The position numbers were made by a program, and so were the translations under genes. Shown in pieces: positions 1 through 12,503 of a stretch of 64,000 bases of DNA (its first letter is position 1; each line of letters begins with the position of its first letter). The DNA comes from Amoebidium appalachense (lineage: Eukaryota > Protista > Ichthyosporea): the NCBI GenBank assembly GCA_963693365.1, contig CAVNZM010000011.1:8483937-8547936 (forward strand). The letters run 5' to 3'. The notes below the pieces were generated by a model, which did no database searches, was not told where the DNA came from, and was given only the letters and a program-made list of their open reading frames with translations.

Positions 1-28
1 GTGAGTGTGCGTGTACTTGTGGGTCCGT

Positions 29-59
<31 letters not shown>

Positions 60-168
60 GGGGGGTGTGGGGGGGGGGGGGGGGGGGGGGAGGGGGAGGG
101 GGGACATGGTGATGGATTAGGTGGTGGTGGTGGCAATCAGTCATGGTGGTGGTGGTGGTGGTGGTGGT

Positions 169-200
<32 letters not shown>

Positions 201-572
201 GGGCAGAGGGATCATCAGAGGGGTGAAAGCATAACGGTCCATGTACCAGTGAGTGTGCTTGGGAAATCGTGGAGAACTGTTATGCCTGAAATTAGATGGT
301 GGGTGTGCGCATGTGTGTCTGTGTGTGTTGGGGGAAAGGAGGTGGAGAGCGGGGGGGGGGGGGGGGGGGGGGGGGGGGGAGGGGGGGGGGGCACATGGTG
401 GTAGACTGGATCTTGGTGGCGGTACTTAATGGTTATTATAGTAGTGGCAGGAGGGTGTGGGGGGAAGGGCAAACGGACGTGCAGGGGACAAACTGCAGAT
501 GGGGCACAAAGGGGAAAGAAGGTGAAAGTTGGTGCAATGACTTGGAGGGTTTGCGCGCGCCGGGAGGCGGGG

Positions 573-619
<47 letters not shown>

Positions 620-776
620 AACGGCCGGAGATGGGTGTGTAGCGTTTTTGAGATGGGAAAAGCCATACAGACTTACGAAAATACAGAGAGGTGAGATGAA
701 CACGAGGGACTAGAGGGAATGGGGGGGATGGTCCTGATGGGAGGGTGGTGGAGTTCTAACAGTACTTGGGGTTCAG

Positions 777-1309
777 GCAAATACCTGAGTGCCGTGTATA
801 CTGAGTTCAGCGACCGCACGGCAAAGTACCAGAGCCTGGACACGCAGCTCAAGCCCGTAAACAACGTGCTCAAGGCCGACCACACCTTCCAAATTGGGAA
901 GCTCACCGGCATCAATGGGGAGCCTCTGTACCGAGGCCTATGGACTTGTGTAAACGAGCTTGGCGGTGTGTGGTCCCTCCTCTTCTCCCCCCTCCCCCCA
1001 CTCTCCCCCAGGCCCCCTTCCCCCCTCCCCCCCCCCACACACGCCCACCCCCCCCCCCCCCCCACACACACACACACACACGCCCCCCTCCCCCCCCCCC
1101 CCCCCCCTCCCCCTCTAGGGCCTTTAAATCTCTTAGGCTCCACATTTAATGAGGTGGCACACTGTGAGTAGAGGTTTGTAGTATGTGGGTTTTGGGGACA
1201 ATTCTTGCCCTGTCGAGCAAAAACTAGGAAGCTCCAGATATGTGTGTATGTGTTTTTGCTGGGTAGAGATTGGGGTGGGCTGGGGTGGAGCTTTCTTTTG
1301 GCGGGGAAT

Positions 1310-1341
<32 letters not shown>

Positions 1342-4300
1342 GGGGGGGGGGGGGGGGGGGGGGGGGGGCAAGCTTCTGCCAAGCAGAATGGGAGTAGGGG
1401 CCAGTGATTGCAAGGGATGCAGGGGGGGGGGGGGGGGGGGGGGGGAGAGACACCACCGTCGGGGTTGAAGGTAGAGAGGGCAAGAGGCCCGGGGTGGGGT
1501 GGGGGGGGGGGGGGGGGGGGACAGTAGGTGCCATATGGAGGGCTGTCCCATGGTTTGGGGGGAGGGGGAGTGGGGAAGGATCGTGGGCACATGGGTTTGG
1601 GGGGAAGGCAGAGAGGGGGAAAGGATTGTGATCACAAGGGTTTAGGGGGAGGAAGGGGGAAGGATTGTAGGTACATGGGTTTAGGGGGGAGGGGGGGGGA
1701 AGATTTTGGGGGAAAGGGAGGCCTGGGGAAAGTATGTGGGCACATGGGTTTGGGGGGAAGGAGGGGGAAGGGTTTTGGGGGAGAGGGAGGGGAAAGTATG
1801 TGGGCACATGGGTTTGGGGGGAGGGAGGGGGAAAGGATTGTGTGGGCACTGAAGTCTCGTGAAGGGCCATGTGGTAAGGGAAGCTAGAACATGCATGGCT
1901 GCTCGGAGATGCCCTCTCACACAGTGCGGCACCCCAGAGATCCGGGCGCAGGTATTTACACGGGACTGCAGCCACCAGGAGATTGAGCCCGTGATCCAGC
2001 GCATCTCTGCCACCACGGCGGCGCTCAACAGCAAGGGCCCGGCCTTCTTCTACACAGATCGGTGCTGCCAAGACCGGGCGTTTGTTGAGCGCATGTTTCC
2101 AACCCTAGCCCGGCCAAAATGCCCCGTCCGTCTGAACGAGGCTGCGCTGGTAAGCGTGACGGACGGTCTGCCTGGGCTGGAGCTGCCGGCCAACTACCCT
2201 AAGCCGGTGTACACCGACTGCCAGGGGGCGGTGGTGGCTACAGCGGCCATTCGTGCCGACCTGGAGGGGCAGCAGCACCGCGTGGTGGGGCTGGACTGCG
2301 AGTGGGTCTATCGGGTGGGCCAGGCGCGGTCCAAGGTTTGCACGCTGCAGATTGCCACCGCACGGGCCGTGTACATCTTCCACTTGGCACGCATGGGCCC
2401 CAACCACAGCCCGCCCGCGCGGCTGGTGGACGAGCTGATTGCGCTGCTTAGGGACCCCAGCATCATCAAGGTGGGCAAGCAGATCGGCACGGACTCGGCC
2501 CACCTCAACAAGGACTACGGCACCCCTGTGGCCAGCTATCTGGAGCTGGGCCGGTTCTGCTATGCCCGTGCAGCTATCACCTCTGCGGCCCGGGGCTTGG
2601 CCGACATCACTGCCCAGGTCATAGGCAAGAAGCTGCCCAAGCCGGCACTTGTTCGATGCTCCAACTGGCACGAGCCGCTATCAGAGGTGCAGGCCACCTA
2701 CGCTGCCCTTGATGCATATGCGTCCCTGCAGGTCTACTCGGCCGTGGTCGATAGGCCAAACCTGTCAGGTGTGTATCCCACCTGCTTTTTGCCCCAGTGC
2801 TTATGTGCTTATGCCAGATATAGAAAGATTGTGGGCCCCCCAGAGGAGAGGGGAGGGGGAGGAGGGGGGGGGGGGGGGGGGGGGGGCGGGGTGGCTGACC
2901 ACATGGGCCAGTGTTCCAGTTGTGTTATGCTGGGTGTCGGGTGGCTATCAAAGGAGGGGGTGATTGGTGGTGGTGGTGGTGGTGGTGGGGGGGGGGGGGG
3001 GGGGGGGGGGGGGGGGCTATAGCACTGTTAACACGTGCAAGTGCCACACAAGCTGGGCACTGGGAGAGGGGGGGGGGGGAGGGAGAAGGGGGGGGGGGGG
3101 GGGGGGGGGAAGGGGGTTGCTAAGGAATATGCATTTGATTTTTGTGGAGCGAAGAGAAAAACGTTGGTGCTGTGGCTTTTTGGCTGAGTTTTTTGCTTCC
3201 CTCTATGACATGCAGCGCGGCTTCATGCAAAGGCACTCGGTGAAGGGGTTGAGATTGTGCCCCGGCGGGGCCCACATGCTGCAGCAGCCACCGGGGTGGT
3301 GCTGGCTGTGCAGCCGGAGCGCTGGGGGGGCATGAAGGTGGGCAAGAAGCATGCAGTGGTGCGGGTGGATCAGGTGCTGTCGCCGGCCATGCAGGTGCCC
3401 TTTGGCCCCGACAAGGGCAAGACCCTGGGAGAGCTGGGCCCGCCGCCCTTTGAGCTGATGGTGCACCTGCAGTGGCTACGGCCCATTCAGCCCCCACCGG
3501 ACCCAGGTGCCGAGGTGCCGGTGGTCCCTGACCCAGCCCCTCCCCCTGCCAGTCCTCCCCCTGCCGAGCAGCAGCAACCCCTTGCCGGCCCACAGGCACC
3601 CCCCCAGGACCCCCAGGCAGCCCCGGGGGGCCTTGAGGCAGCCCCAGGGGGACCCGAGGCAGCTCCCAGAGAGGGCATGTTGGGCCAGGCACCGCCTGGG
3701 GAGGTGGTGTGGCAGACTGTGCTGAATGACGCCTTCCACTCCATTGCAAACACGGCGGACGGCACGTACAAGTCACACCCCCGCAGGGCTGAGTACGCAC
3801 GCTCACTCAGCGAGGCAATATTTGTGTGGAATGAAGAGGATTACGGACATGTGAAGGTGCCCCCCCCCCCTCCCCCCCCCCCAAAATAAAAAATAAAAAA
3901 TAAAAATAAAAAAAACGGCAACAACAACATGCGTGACTGACGCGCACACACACATACACTCGTTAGCACACACTCACCATTCCACCCACAACCATGCACA
4001 CCTTCGACAAAACTTCTGAGGGAAGAGAGAGAGCCTGAGCCTCAGAGAGAGGGGGGGGGCAAGGGGGGGGGGGGGGGGGGGGGGGGGGGGAGGGGGGGGG
4101 GGAGGGGGGAGGAGAGTGGGGGTTATTCATATGCCTAGAGAGAAATAATGTAGGGTTGTGGGGGGAAATAGCCACATGCATTTTTTACTTGTGTTGGGGG
4201 AGAAGATGGGGGGGGTGGAGGGGAGGGGTCCTACAATAACGGCAGGTATCAAAGTCTACCAAACCCAAATTGCAGTGTGCGTAGTAAATTAATATTGGCA

Positions 4301-4675
4301 TCCTGCCTCACAGGGGGTGCTGGAGCAGAAGGGCATCGACATTGAAACCGAGCTCAAGGGCGGCGACCTGAGCTACTTCATGGAGCGCATCCGGCGGGTT
4401 ATTCCCGACCCATACACGCTGGTCTCGCGGCTGGTGGAGTTCAAAAACACCTACAAGGATGTGCCGCCCGGACCGGATGGCAAGCCTCTGTTCAAGAAGG
4501 ATGGCTTTGAAAGACTCGAGGCAACAACCCCCCCCCCCCCCCCTCCCCCTGCAGGCGCCCAACAACTCCACCACCACAGAAAAGATTCTTCGCTTATTTG
4601 TCATCCTTGGTTCATCTGCACACACACGCACACCCTAGCCTCCCCCCCCCCCCCCCCCCCCCCCCCCCCAAACAT

Positions 4676-4741
<66 letters not shown>

Positions 4742-4813
4742 CCCGCACGGCCCTTGCTGCCTAGCCAGTTGTTTTTTGCCTTTCCCTGCTCGTTTTTTTC
4801 CTTAGCAACCCCA

Positions 4814-4863
<50 letters not shown>

Positions 4864-6534
4864 ACACACACATACACACACACTACCACCACCACCACCC
4901 ACCCATCTCTCTGATGTTTGCTTGTGCCCCCACAGTCGCTGCTCGAACACGCCCAAAATGGCTGTCTGTCGGACCCCCCCGGCCTGCCCCTCTACTACGA
5001 GACCACTGCCGACGCAGATGGGCTCATGCGCTACCGCTGCATCCGGGGCACCAACGAGGTGGAGGGGGCAGTGCACAACCCCCTGGCCACCCACTTTGGG
5101 GCCACACGCATGTCGCTGCGCCTGCTGGACGCCACCATGTCCAATAGGCGCCACCGCCACAACCTGCGTGCACACTACCGCAACCGCCTGGGTCAGGCAT
5201 CGGGGCCCCCCCACTACAGCCCCTGGATTGTTGACGACATGGAGGCACTGGCGCTGATGCTGTACGGCCATCACCTCGACCCCCAGTGGGTACCCGTAGG
5301 CTGCTACAAGCTACCGGAGGAGTACTTCAACTTTGCCCCGCTCTCCTGTGTGGCCAATGCCCCGGCGCAGGAGCCAGTTGCGGTGCCCGCACCCCCACCT
5401 CCGTCTGATAACATCGAGCCTGCAGCCAATGGCGTGATGGGCGGGCCAGAGGACTGTGAGGTCGAGGAGGGTGACGGTGCTGCCATGGGGGGGGGCAACC
5501 AGGTGGCGCGTGGTGCACCACAGCCGGACCCTGCACTGAGGGGCGACTACAAGTTCCTGGCGCAGAAGCAACATGTGGCCATCCCCTTCCTTCCGGTGCT
5601 TACCCCTCAGGAGCGCAAGCTATTCAGCACGCTGCTCCTGGGCACCTACAAGGCACATGCAAAGCCCAACGGCCAGCTGTTCGAGGCTTTGGCCCAAGAC
5701 TTCAACAAGGCTGCCTCTGTGGCTGGGGGAATCTACATGAAGGATGCGGCCTACATCAAGAAGCATTTCGACAAGTGGAAGACCTGGCAGACGGCACATG
5801 CACAGCGCTCCACACACGAGGGCCTGGCAGATCACCGCAAGCGTATGCGCGAGGAGAGGGCAGACGCTGTGCCAGCAACCATACGGCCTGCCCCCTTGCC
5901 ACCCCTCCCTGTTCCAGACGGTGTCGATGCAGGGGCGCAGCGTGAGCGGCCCTTGCCCATGCTAGTGGGCAAAAAGCATCGCAACATTGGCCCTGAGGGG
6001 CCCCTGCAGATGGATTTGCCGGTGCCCCCTCCTATGCAGCCACCCCAGAGAGCCCCCAAGACCTGCAAGACGTGTGGCCGCCAGGGCAAGGGCTGCCCCG
6101 GCTCCAATCGGGCCAAGAGCTGCCCACGTTGGGTTGCAGCCAATCAGGATGCCATGCCACCAGCACCCGCGCTTGACATGCAGCAGGGCCATGTGCCGCA
6201 CATGCCCCCTGCACCCCATCCAGGCCCGCACCACCCACATGGCTGGCCCCCACCGTGGGGCATCATGCCGCCTCAGCCCGGCCCTGCCTTCCCCATGCCT
6301 GGGCTACTGCCGCAGCACGGTCCCCATCCTTACTTGGGCCATGTGGGCCAGCCCTCGGCTGGTGGGCAGTTCCCACCCCCTTCTCGTGCATCTGCTGTGC
6401 TGGGCCTGGCGTTGCCACCTGCTGGAGAGACGCAGCTGCAATGGCACGATCGAAAGCAAAGTAATCGTGGCCGCAAGTCTGCAGGCAGCCAATCAGGATC
6501 TCAGAGTAGTCAGAGTAGCCAAACTAGTGTCTAA
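777..6534 (+). CDS. Spliced DDE-type transposase (MULE/ISL3-like, DUF6729-type architecture) with internal DEDDy 3'-5' exonuclease; 5' part lies outside the window
   Basis: Exons 777-965, 1938-2768, 3216-3856, 4314-4520 and 4936-6534 join in phase without stops (~1155 aa). Junctions read NELG/EIRAQVFT, LS/ARLH, HVK/GVLE, ERLE/SLLEH. Motifs: KADHTF (D, 878), FYTDRCC (D, 2057), exonuclease VGLDCEW / QIGTD / YAALDAY, LNDAFH (DxxH, 3728), YRCIRGTNEVEGAVH (E, 5062), C-terminal CKTC..CPG..C zinc motif. Branch-like ctaac precedes the 777 acceptor. Confidence 0.8.
1575..1850. repeat. G-rich ~40 bp degenerate minisatellite in a transposase intron
   Basis: gtgggcacatgggtttggggg...gggaaaggatt recurs about 6 times. 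Confidence 0.75.
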
Positions 6535-6619
6535 TATTGGAATGTACACCAATGTAACGGATCTCATATGTGTTGTAGTGCTTCAAGTTATACCTGTTCT
6601 TCGTACAGTCATGTTAGGG

Positions 6620-6654
<35 letters not shown>

Positions 6655-6978
6655 CTAGCTTTCATTCCGAAGTTTACTGTAAAGAATTAAAATTTAGAAT
6701 CTGAGTAATAGTACAGAGCCTTTGCACTTTTCTCTGTTTGTTAGGAATTCTTTGTGATCGAGAGTATGGTGTGTTAGACTATTGGTGTTAATGTGTCCTG
6801 GAAGGTGTATAATGTCTGCTGGCCGTAGTCAGTATCTATTTTTAGGTATATAGTATATTTTTAAATGTTGGCCGCTGGCCAATAAATAGCAAATAATAAA
6901 CACACGATAAAGTCAACAGCGTGCCAAAAAACTAATCCCCAGCGAGCGCACCCAGTGATGTGTGTGTGTGTGTGTGTG

Positions 6979-7045
<67 letters not shown>

Positions 7046-8022
7046 CGCGTGCGTGCGTGTGTGTGTGTGTGTGCGTGCGTGCGTGCGTGTGTGCGTGTGT
7101 GCGTGTGTGCGTGTGTGCGTGTGTGTGTGTGAGTGTGTGTGTGTGTGTGTGTATGTGTGGTGTGGTGTGTGCGCGGCTTGTACATATGTACGTGTTCATG
7201 TGCACCTGTGTCGGACCTACGAAGTACATGAAAGTAAATTTTGACAGCATCGATCTGCCGGTGTGTATGTGTATGTGTGCCAGTGCAGCAGGTGTGCCTT
7301 GTAACTGATAGCTTCGCATTTTACGTGTGTGTATATATAGTAGTACGCATAGACACTTGCTGATCATTCGGATCGACATTAATATTTAATCTGTCGGTCC
7401 TCGGTTTTTTGAGTGAATGATGATCAAGTGTAAGAGCATTCACTTGGCAAGTATTAATGTTGCAGAGGCTAGCTGCAGCTGCAAGCGTCGGATGCACACT
7501 GACAATTGTCTTTTCAGCGAGTCTAACCTGCAGGCAGCAGCTGCACACATATAGGGTTGTTATCTTGCGGCACATGCACGGTGATCATTTCAGAGTAATA
7601 GAGTTCAGAGCAATGAAAATAATGAAAATAACTAAACTTTGTGACTACTTTAAAGTTGCTGAGATCATACGTGGTGCAAGCTGCACTATGAACACATGTA
7701 TAGTGCTAGTAATTAATACATTTTTGTTGCCTTCTGCAGGGTTATCGTAGCTACGTCACGGCCTGCACTCAGGGGGGGGGAGGGGGGGGAGAGGGGGGAT
7801 GATTCGAAGGGGGTATAAATAAGAACATGCACCTAAAGGTCTTTCCCGTGGATCCTCCCCCCTCCCCCCCCCCCCCCCCCACCTCTCCCTCCCCCGGGGC
7901 CCCATACTATGATATCTAGGCCCAATATTATATGCCCCCTTCCCCCCCCCCCCCCCCTCCCCTCTCCGGATCCCCGGACCCCACTTCCCTACCCGGAGGC
8001 TCAAGAGCTCCCCCCTTCCCCT

Positions 8023-8058
<36 letters not shown>

Positions 8059-8378
8059 GGCTTACGGGGGCCCTTCTTCATCGAGGGGGAGGGGGTGGGG
8101 GTGGGGGGGGGTGGGGGGAGGGGGTGGGGGGGAGGGAAGTGGAAGGCGGGGGTGGATGCATGTCAGCCTAGGTGAATTCAATTGTTTAACTCCAGTGTGC
8201 AGGACTGGTCTGAAGGCTTAAGAAAACAACGAGGAAATGGGGTCCAGTGGAGGTGGTGGTGGTGTTCTGTGTGTGTGTGTACACGTGCACGTATGTGTGT
8301 GGTTTTTTTAAGGGGTGAGTGGTGGTGGTGGTGGTGGTGGTGGTCACCGTGGTGGTGGTGTGTGTGTCTGGTGTGTGT

Positions 8379-8431
<53 letters not shown>

Positions 8432-9858
8432 TAGAAAGAAAAACTGCTCGTGGGTCACTGTTTTTCGTCACTGTATTTGTAACGGGCCGCTCATATTTAT
8501 ATAACTACTTTAATTTAAGTACACGTGTTCATTATCATATACGATGGCCAAATATAGAAATTTTGGCGTCGAAGTTCTTGGAGCTAAAAAAACGTTTAAA
8601 AGGGGGAAATAATAGCTTGGCCCCAAATTTACCTTGCCGTTTTTAGCGAATGTATTTTTTATTCATGAGTTCTAGTGATTCAGTGAGTGCACGTGCCTGC
8701 CTCAGGCTGATCATGACAACTGCAACACACCATTCCTACATGGATATCAACCAAAAGAAAATAGTATATACTGTGGTGGTCTCCTAAACCTTGTGCGGCA
8801 TGCGCATACATGATATTACAGTGACGCATGTGCATATTATTGTTCTGTACACCGGAGTGTGCCGGTGCACGTGGCTGTTTTGTGCACATGTTACAATAGC
8901 AGCACGATCTCCCTAAACTCCATGTTTACACATCCCTCACCCTGGCTCTGCCTTGTCGGTGCTCCAAAACACACATACAAATCCCCCTAGACTCAGTGCC
9001 TGCACATGGTCGCATTCACGTGCAGGTCACGTGACACATGCGATGCCATACTGCCGTCTACAGCAACAACCACGGCAGCATGTATACCGGCCCAGCACGA
9101 AATATACTTATCGGCAGCCCACTGAACTCGCCCATTTTCTCTTTTTCATGTATGTCCCTCCTTTTTTGTAAAATCACCCTTTTTGGCCTCCCGGTAGTGG
9201 ATTTTGCAGGATTTGACTTCTTTGAGGTCCAAAAACCTCAAATTTTCCCCGGCGGGGCCGGGGAGGGAGAATTCAAAAATTGCCCGCTCCTGATATGGTA
9301 CCCGGGCCCACGGGACCCACACTCTATGTGTGCGCCTGCATGCATGTGACCGCCGCCTATCATCAGTTGGGCCGTGCTAACCTGTTTGTATGTACGTGAA
9401 ACGGGCCCATTTATGATACCTGGAGCACGTCCATATGTACGTGAAACTGGCCCATGTTTGATTCAAGGGGCCCGGGGGAACACGTCCATTCCAACTTCAA
9501 AAACTGCTCACGTTCGATAAGTCTTGCGTGAACCTTCCCGTAATATTCAGGAAAACTGTGAATCCTAGGGTTCGTTTTTCACACGAACCGTTAGAGGTTT
9601 TGGGATACCTAAATGATAGACATCCCTTGAAATTGATGCAAAAGTTTAGGAGGTTTCCCACGTGCTGCTCAGGATCTGACCGGTGCCGCTTCTTAGCGAG
9701 GCGCTCTATAGTATTAGTATTGATGTATTGGCAGCAGTGAGGCGCTGTTACATACATATATGGATGCTTCGAATTCAAATGTTACAGAAACATATATTCC
9801 TACTTTTTTTAATTATTCGTCTGCAAAAAATCGCACAGTGATTCGCGAACTTTTTGTT

Positions 9859-9897
<39 letters not shown>

Positions 9898-10030
9898 CGG
9901 TCCGTATCCCCTCCCCCCCCCCCCCCCCCCCCCCCCCCCTCACTTTCCCTCCCGCCTTCCCGATCGAGGAGCTCTCACGGCCCCCCACCCCCCCTTACCC
10001 CTCCCGACCTAAACACACTCACAAACACGT

Positions 10031-10101
<71 letters not shown>

Positions 10102-10145
10102 AAAGCAATGTCATACACACACACACACACACACAAAAACAATGT

Positions 10146-10176
<31 letters not shown>

Positions 10177-10220
10177 CACTAAAGCAATGTCATACACACA
10201 CACACACACACTAAACAATG

Positions 10221-10281
<61 letters not shown>

Positions 10282-10511
10282 TGTCACAAACACACACACA
10301 GGATATAGGAGGAATAACTGTTGCAACGAAGACGAAGAAGGGGAAAGAAACGGGGCCCGGGCTCTATTCATCCAAACACACAGCGGCTAAAGCTAAAGTT
10401 CAAACCAAAAAAAAAAAGGAAAAAGGTCCCCACAAGCACCTAAACTTAGTACATTACAGAATGAAACGTAAACTTTCCCGAATACGAAAAAAGCGCCGGG
10501 GAGGGGGGAAA

Positions 10512-10548
<37 letters not shown>

Positions 10549-10849
10549 TCCGGTGTGGATAAAAAAGGTAAAGATATAGAGGGAAGAAAACTCAGCGTCG
10601 CGTTGCTTGACTCACCAGACGACTTTTTCAAGCTTCAATTTCTATCAAAATCGTGACCGTAAGAAGAAATATCATTTACGTACCAGACGATCACGTGACT
10701 ACTACTGATATAATTACAGAATATTTATTAGAGTCGAATACAAACTATTGGAGCTAGCTACGTTAAAGAAACTTTCTTCTACAAACCCGGGCTTACATGT
10801 AGTAATACAAAATTTTGGTACACCAAAAGTACAGACTAATCAGGGCTAG

Positions 10850-12019
10850 GCACTTGTCAGCAGCGACACACATGGTGGCCCGCTGAAGATAGAGTTCCCC
10901 GCTCCCCGCTCGGTCCACGGTGTTCGCGTCGAGGGCGCGAGGGTGCATTCCGTGTACGACGTGTCAGAGGGCTCCAACAGATTGGTGCTGGGGCTGTCGT
11001 TCCTCGACTCGCCAGATGGCCACCACCCGGGCTCGTGGACACGTTCGACTGCAGACATCTACGTGCCGGTCGGGCACTATACAATCGGCGCCCTGTGCGC
11101 TGAATTGGAGGCCCGTCTAGATCAGGCCATCGCCGATTGCTACAAGCCCTCGTACAACATTGATGACATCGCAGACCTCCTCGACGTGTTCCCGGATGCA
11201 GTCCCGTACTACGCAAAGGTCACACACACGGCCGTCATCAAGGCCGCCGCCGAGCGCAATGGCGAGGCATGGACCCGCCAGGAAGACTTCCTCGCAAAGG
11301 ACAGGTGGGCGCCGCGCACGTCGGGCCCCGCCGATCACCTGGCCCACGAGGTGCTGCAGCTGGCGCAGATACACTATCGGGAGAACCCTTGGGCATGTCG
11401 AGAGCTGGCAAACGAGCGTGACCCACACAACCGCTTCAAGTGGCCGTTCCACCACACGCTCTACTCGTTCATGTCCCCGTCACAGCTGGCGATTCCCGAT
11501 CGCCTGGTCATCAGCATCCACCACCACAAGACACTCACACCCGACGTCGTCAAGCACTGGGCCCCATATGCAACTGTCCCTACGTTTACCCTTGATGTCC
11601 CACGCGGCCTTGCGCGCGTCCTGGGTTTCGAGGTCGGCGGCCACGTCAGTCACAGCCTCACCAGCGGGTTGCCCCCGCTTGCAAGATACTTTGACGGCCG
11701 CGACCACGCTCCAGTGGCCGAAGGCGACCAGCAGCTTCCCTGCGCCGCAGACAACATCCAGTGCATCGTCGGGTGCATGCCTCCCCTGGCGCCTCGGGGC
11801 ACGCTGCTGGTCAACGTCATGCACGGCGAGACAAGCCTGCAGGGCCGCATCGTGTCCGCGGGTGTTCACGGCGCCGCCTGCGGCATCAGTGAAGACCTAC
11901 AAGCGTCGCCGCAGATAGCCACGTCGCTCGAGCACGTCGCTGGGCTGCGTGTGGCGGTCGTGGATGAGATGGGGTACAGGGTCGGTGGTCGCTTCACCGT
12001 CCTAGTTGGGATCAAATAG
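10850..12019 (+). CDS. Penton/minor-capsid-like single jelly-roll protein (DUF5901-like), 5'-truncated
   Basis: Frame is open from 10850 (ALVSSDTH..LKIEFPAPRSVHGVRVEGARVHSVYDVSEGSNRL) with no upstream ATG. Motifs IYVPVGHYTIGALCAELEARL, LARVLGF and C-terminal LRVAVVDEMGYRV..FTVLVGIK resemble NCLDV/polinton minor capsid proteins. Confidence 0.65.
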   Translation, partial: ALVSSDTHGGPLKIEFPAPRSVHGVRVEGARVHSVYDVSEGSNRLVLGLSFLDSPDGHHPGSWTRSTADIYVPVGHYTIGALCAELEARLDQAIADCYKPSYNIDDIADLLDVFPDAVPYYAKVTHTAVIKAAAERNGEAWTRQEDFLAKDRWAPRTSGPADHLAHEVLQLAQIHYRENPWACRELANERDPHNRFKWPFHHTLYSFMSPSQLAIPDRLVISIHHHKTLTPDVVKHWAPYATVPTFTLDVPRGLARVLGFEVGGHVSHSLTSGLPPLARYFDGRDHAPVAEGDQQLPCAADNIQCIVGCMPPLAPRGTLLVNVMHGETSLQGRIVSAGVHGAACGISEDLQASPQIATSLEHVAGLRVAVVDEMGYRVGGRFTVLVGIK

Positions 12020-12065
12020 CCGCTCGCGGTCTTTGGGTTGGAGGTAATGCTGGTGTCTCACAGTG

Positions 12066-12473
12066 ATGTATCTGATACTGGTCGTGTGTGTCCTATGCGC
12101 ACTGACGTTTGCTGCAATTGCGGCTCGGTACAGGGTGGCGTCGGGGTGGCGATCGTTGCGTGCGGCCATGGAAGGTCGTCCACTGCCCGACCCTGGACCC
12201 TACGCGGGCTGCGACGCAATCACGTGCGGACAGGCGCTGTACGACAAGTACCTCGCCGAGGGCTTCGACGCCGACAGCGAGACCGTCCCGGACTGCCGCA
12301 GCTGCCCCAGGGTCCATATATCGAAGAAAAACGGGCTCCGCTACTGGGACGTTAACAAGGGCGAGTGGTTCTCACAGACACTTCCATACCAGGTCTTCGC
12401 CGTGAACTTGCGTGGCAGGTGCGCCTGGACTGCCCGTGTGGCATCCGCGCTGCGCCGCAAGCCGCTCAAATAA
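12066..12473 (+). CDS. Small N-terminally membrane-anchored Cys-containing protein, virus-like, function unknown
   Basis: 135 aa ORF with hydrophobic N-terminus (MYLILVVCVLCALTFAAIAA) followed by basic residues; GC-rich third codon positions; lies inside the viral island. Confidence 0.6.
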   Translation: MYLILVVCVLCALTFAAIAARYRVASGWRSLRAAMEGRPLPDPGPYAGCDAITCGQALYDKYLAEGFDADSETVPDCRSCPRVHISKKNGLRYWDVNKGEWFSQTLPYQVFAVNLRGRCAWTARVASALRRKPLK

Positions 12474-12503
12474 GCTTGCCAAATAGGACTGTGTGCGATT
12501 TTC

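Larger units (their letters stand above)
1..6957 (+). mobile_element. Putative DNA transposon carrying the above gene; left end outside window, right end tentative
   Basis: Transposase-like CDS. Unique sequence ends at ...cgagcgcacccagtg (reverse complement CACTGGG...) directly before a host (GT)n tract. No partner TIR is visible in the window. Confidence 0.45.

Noticed and set aside
7757-8700. Possible hAT-like MITE ends (cacggcctgcactc / gtgcaggactg / gagtgcacgtgcctg)
   Set aside because: Matches are short and imperfect, with no TSD.
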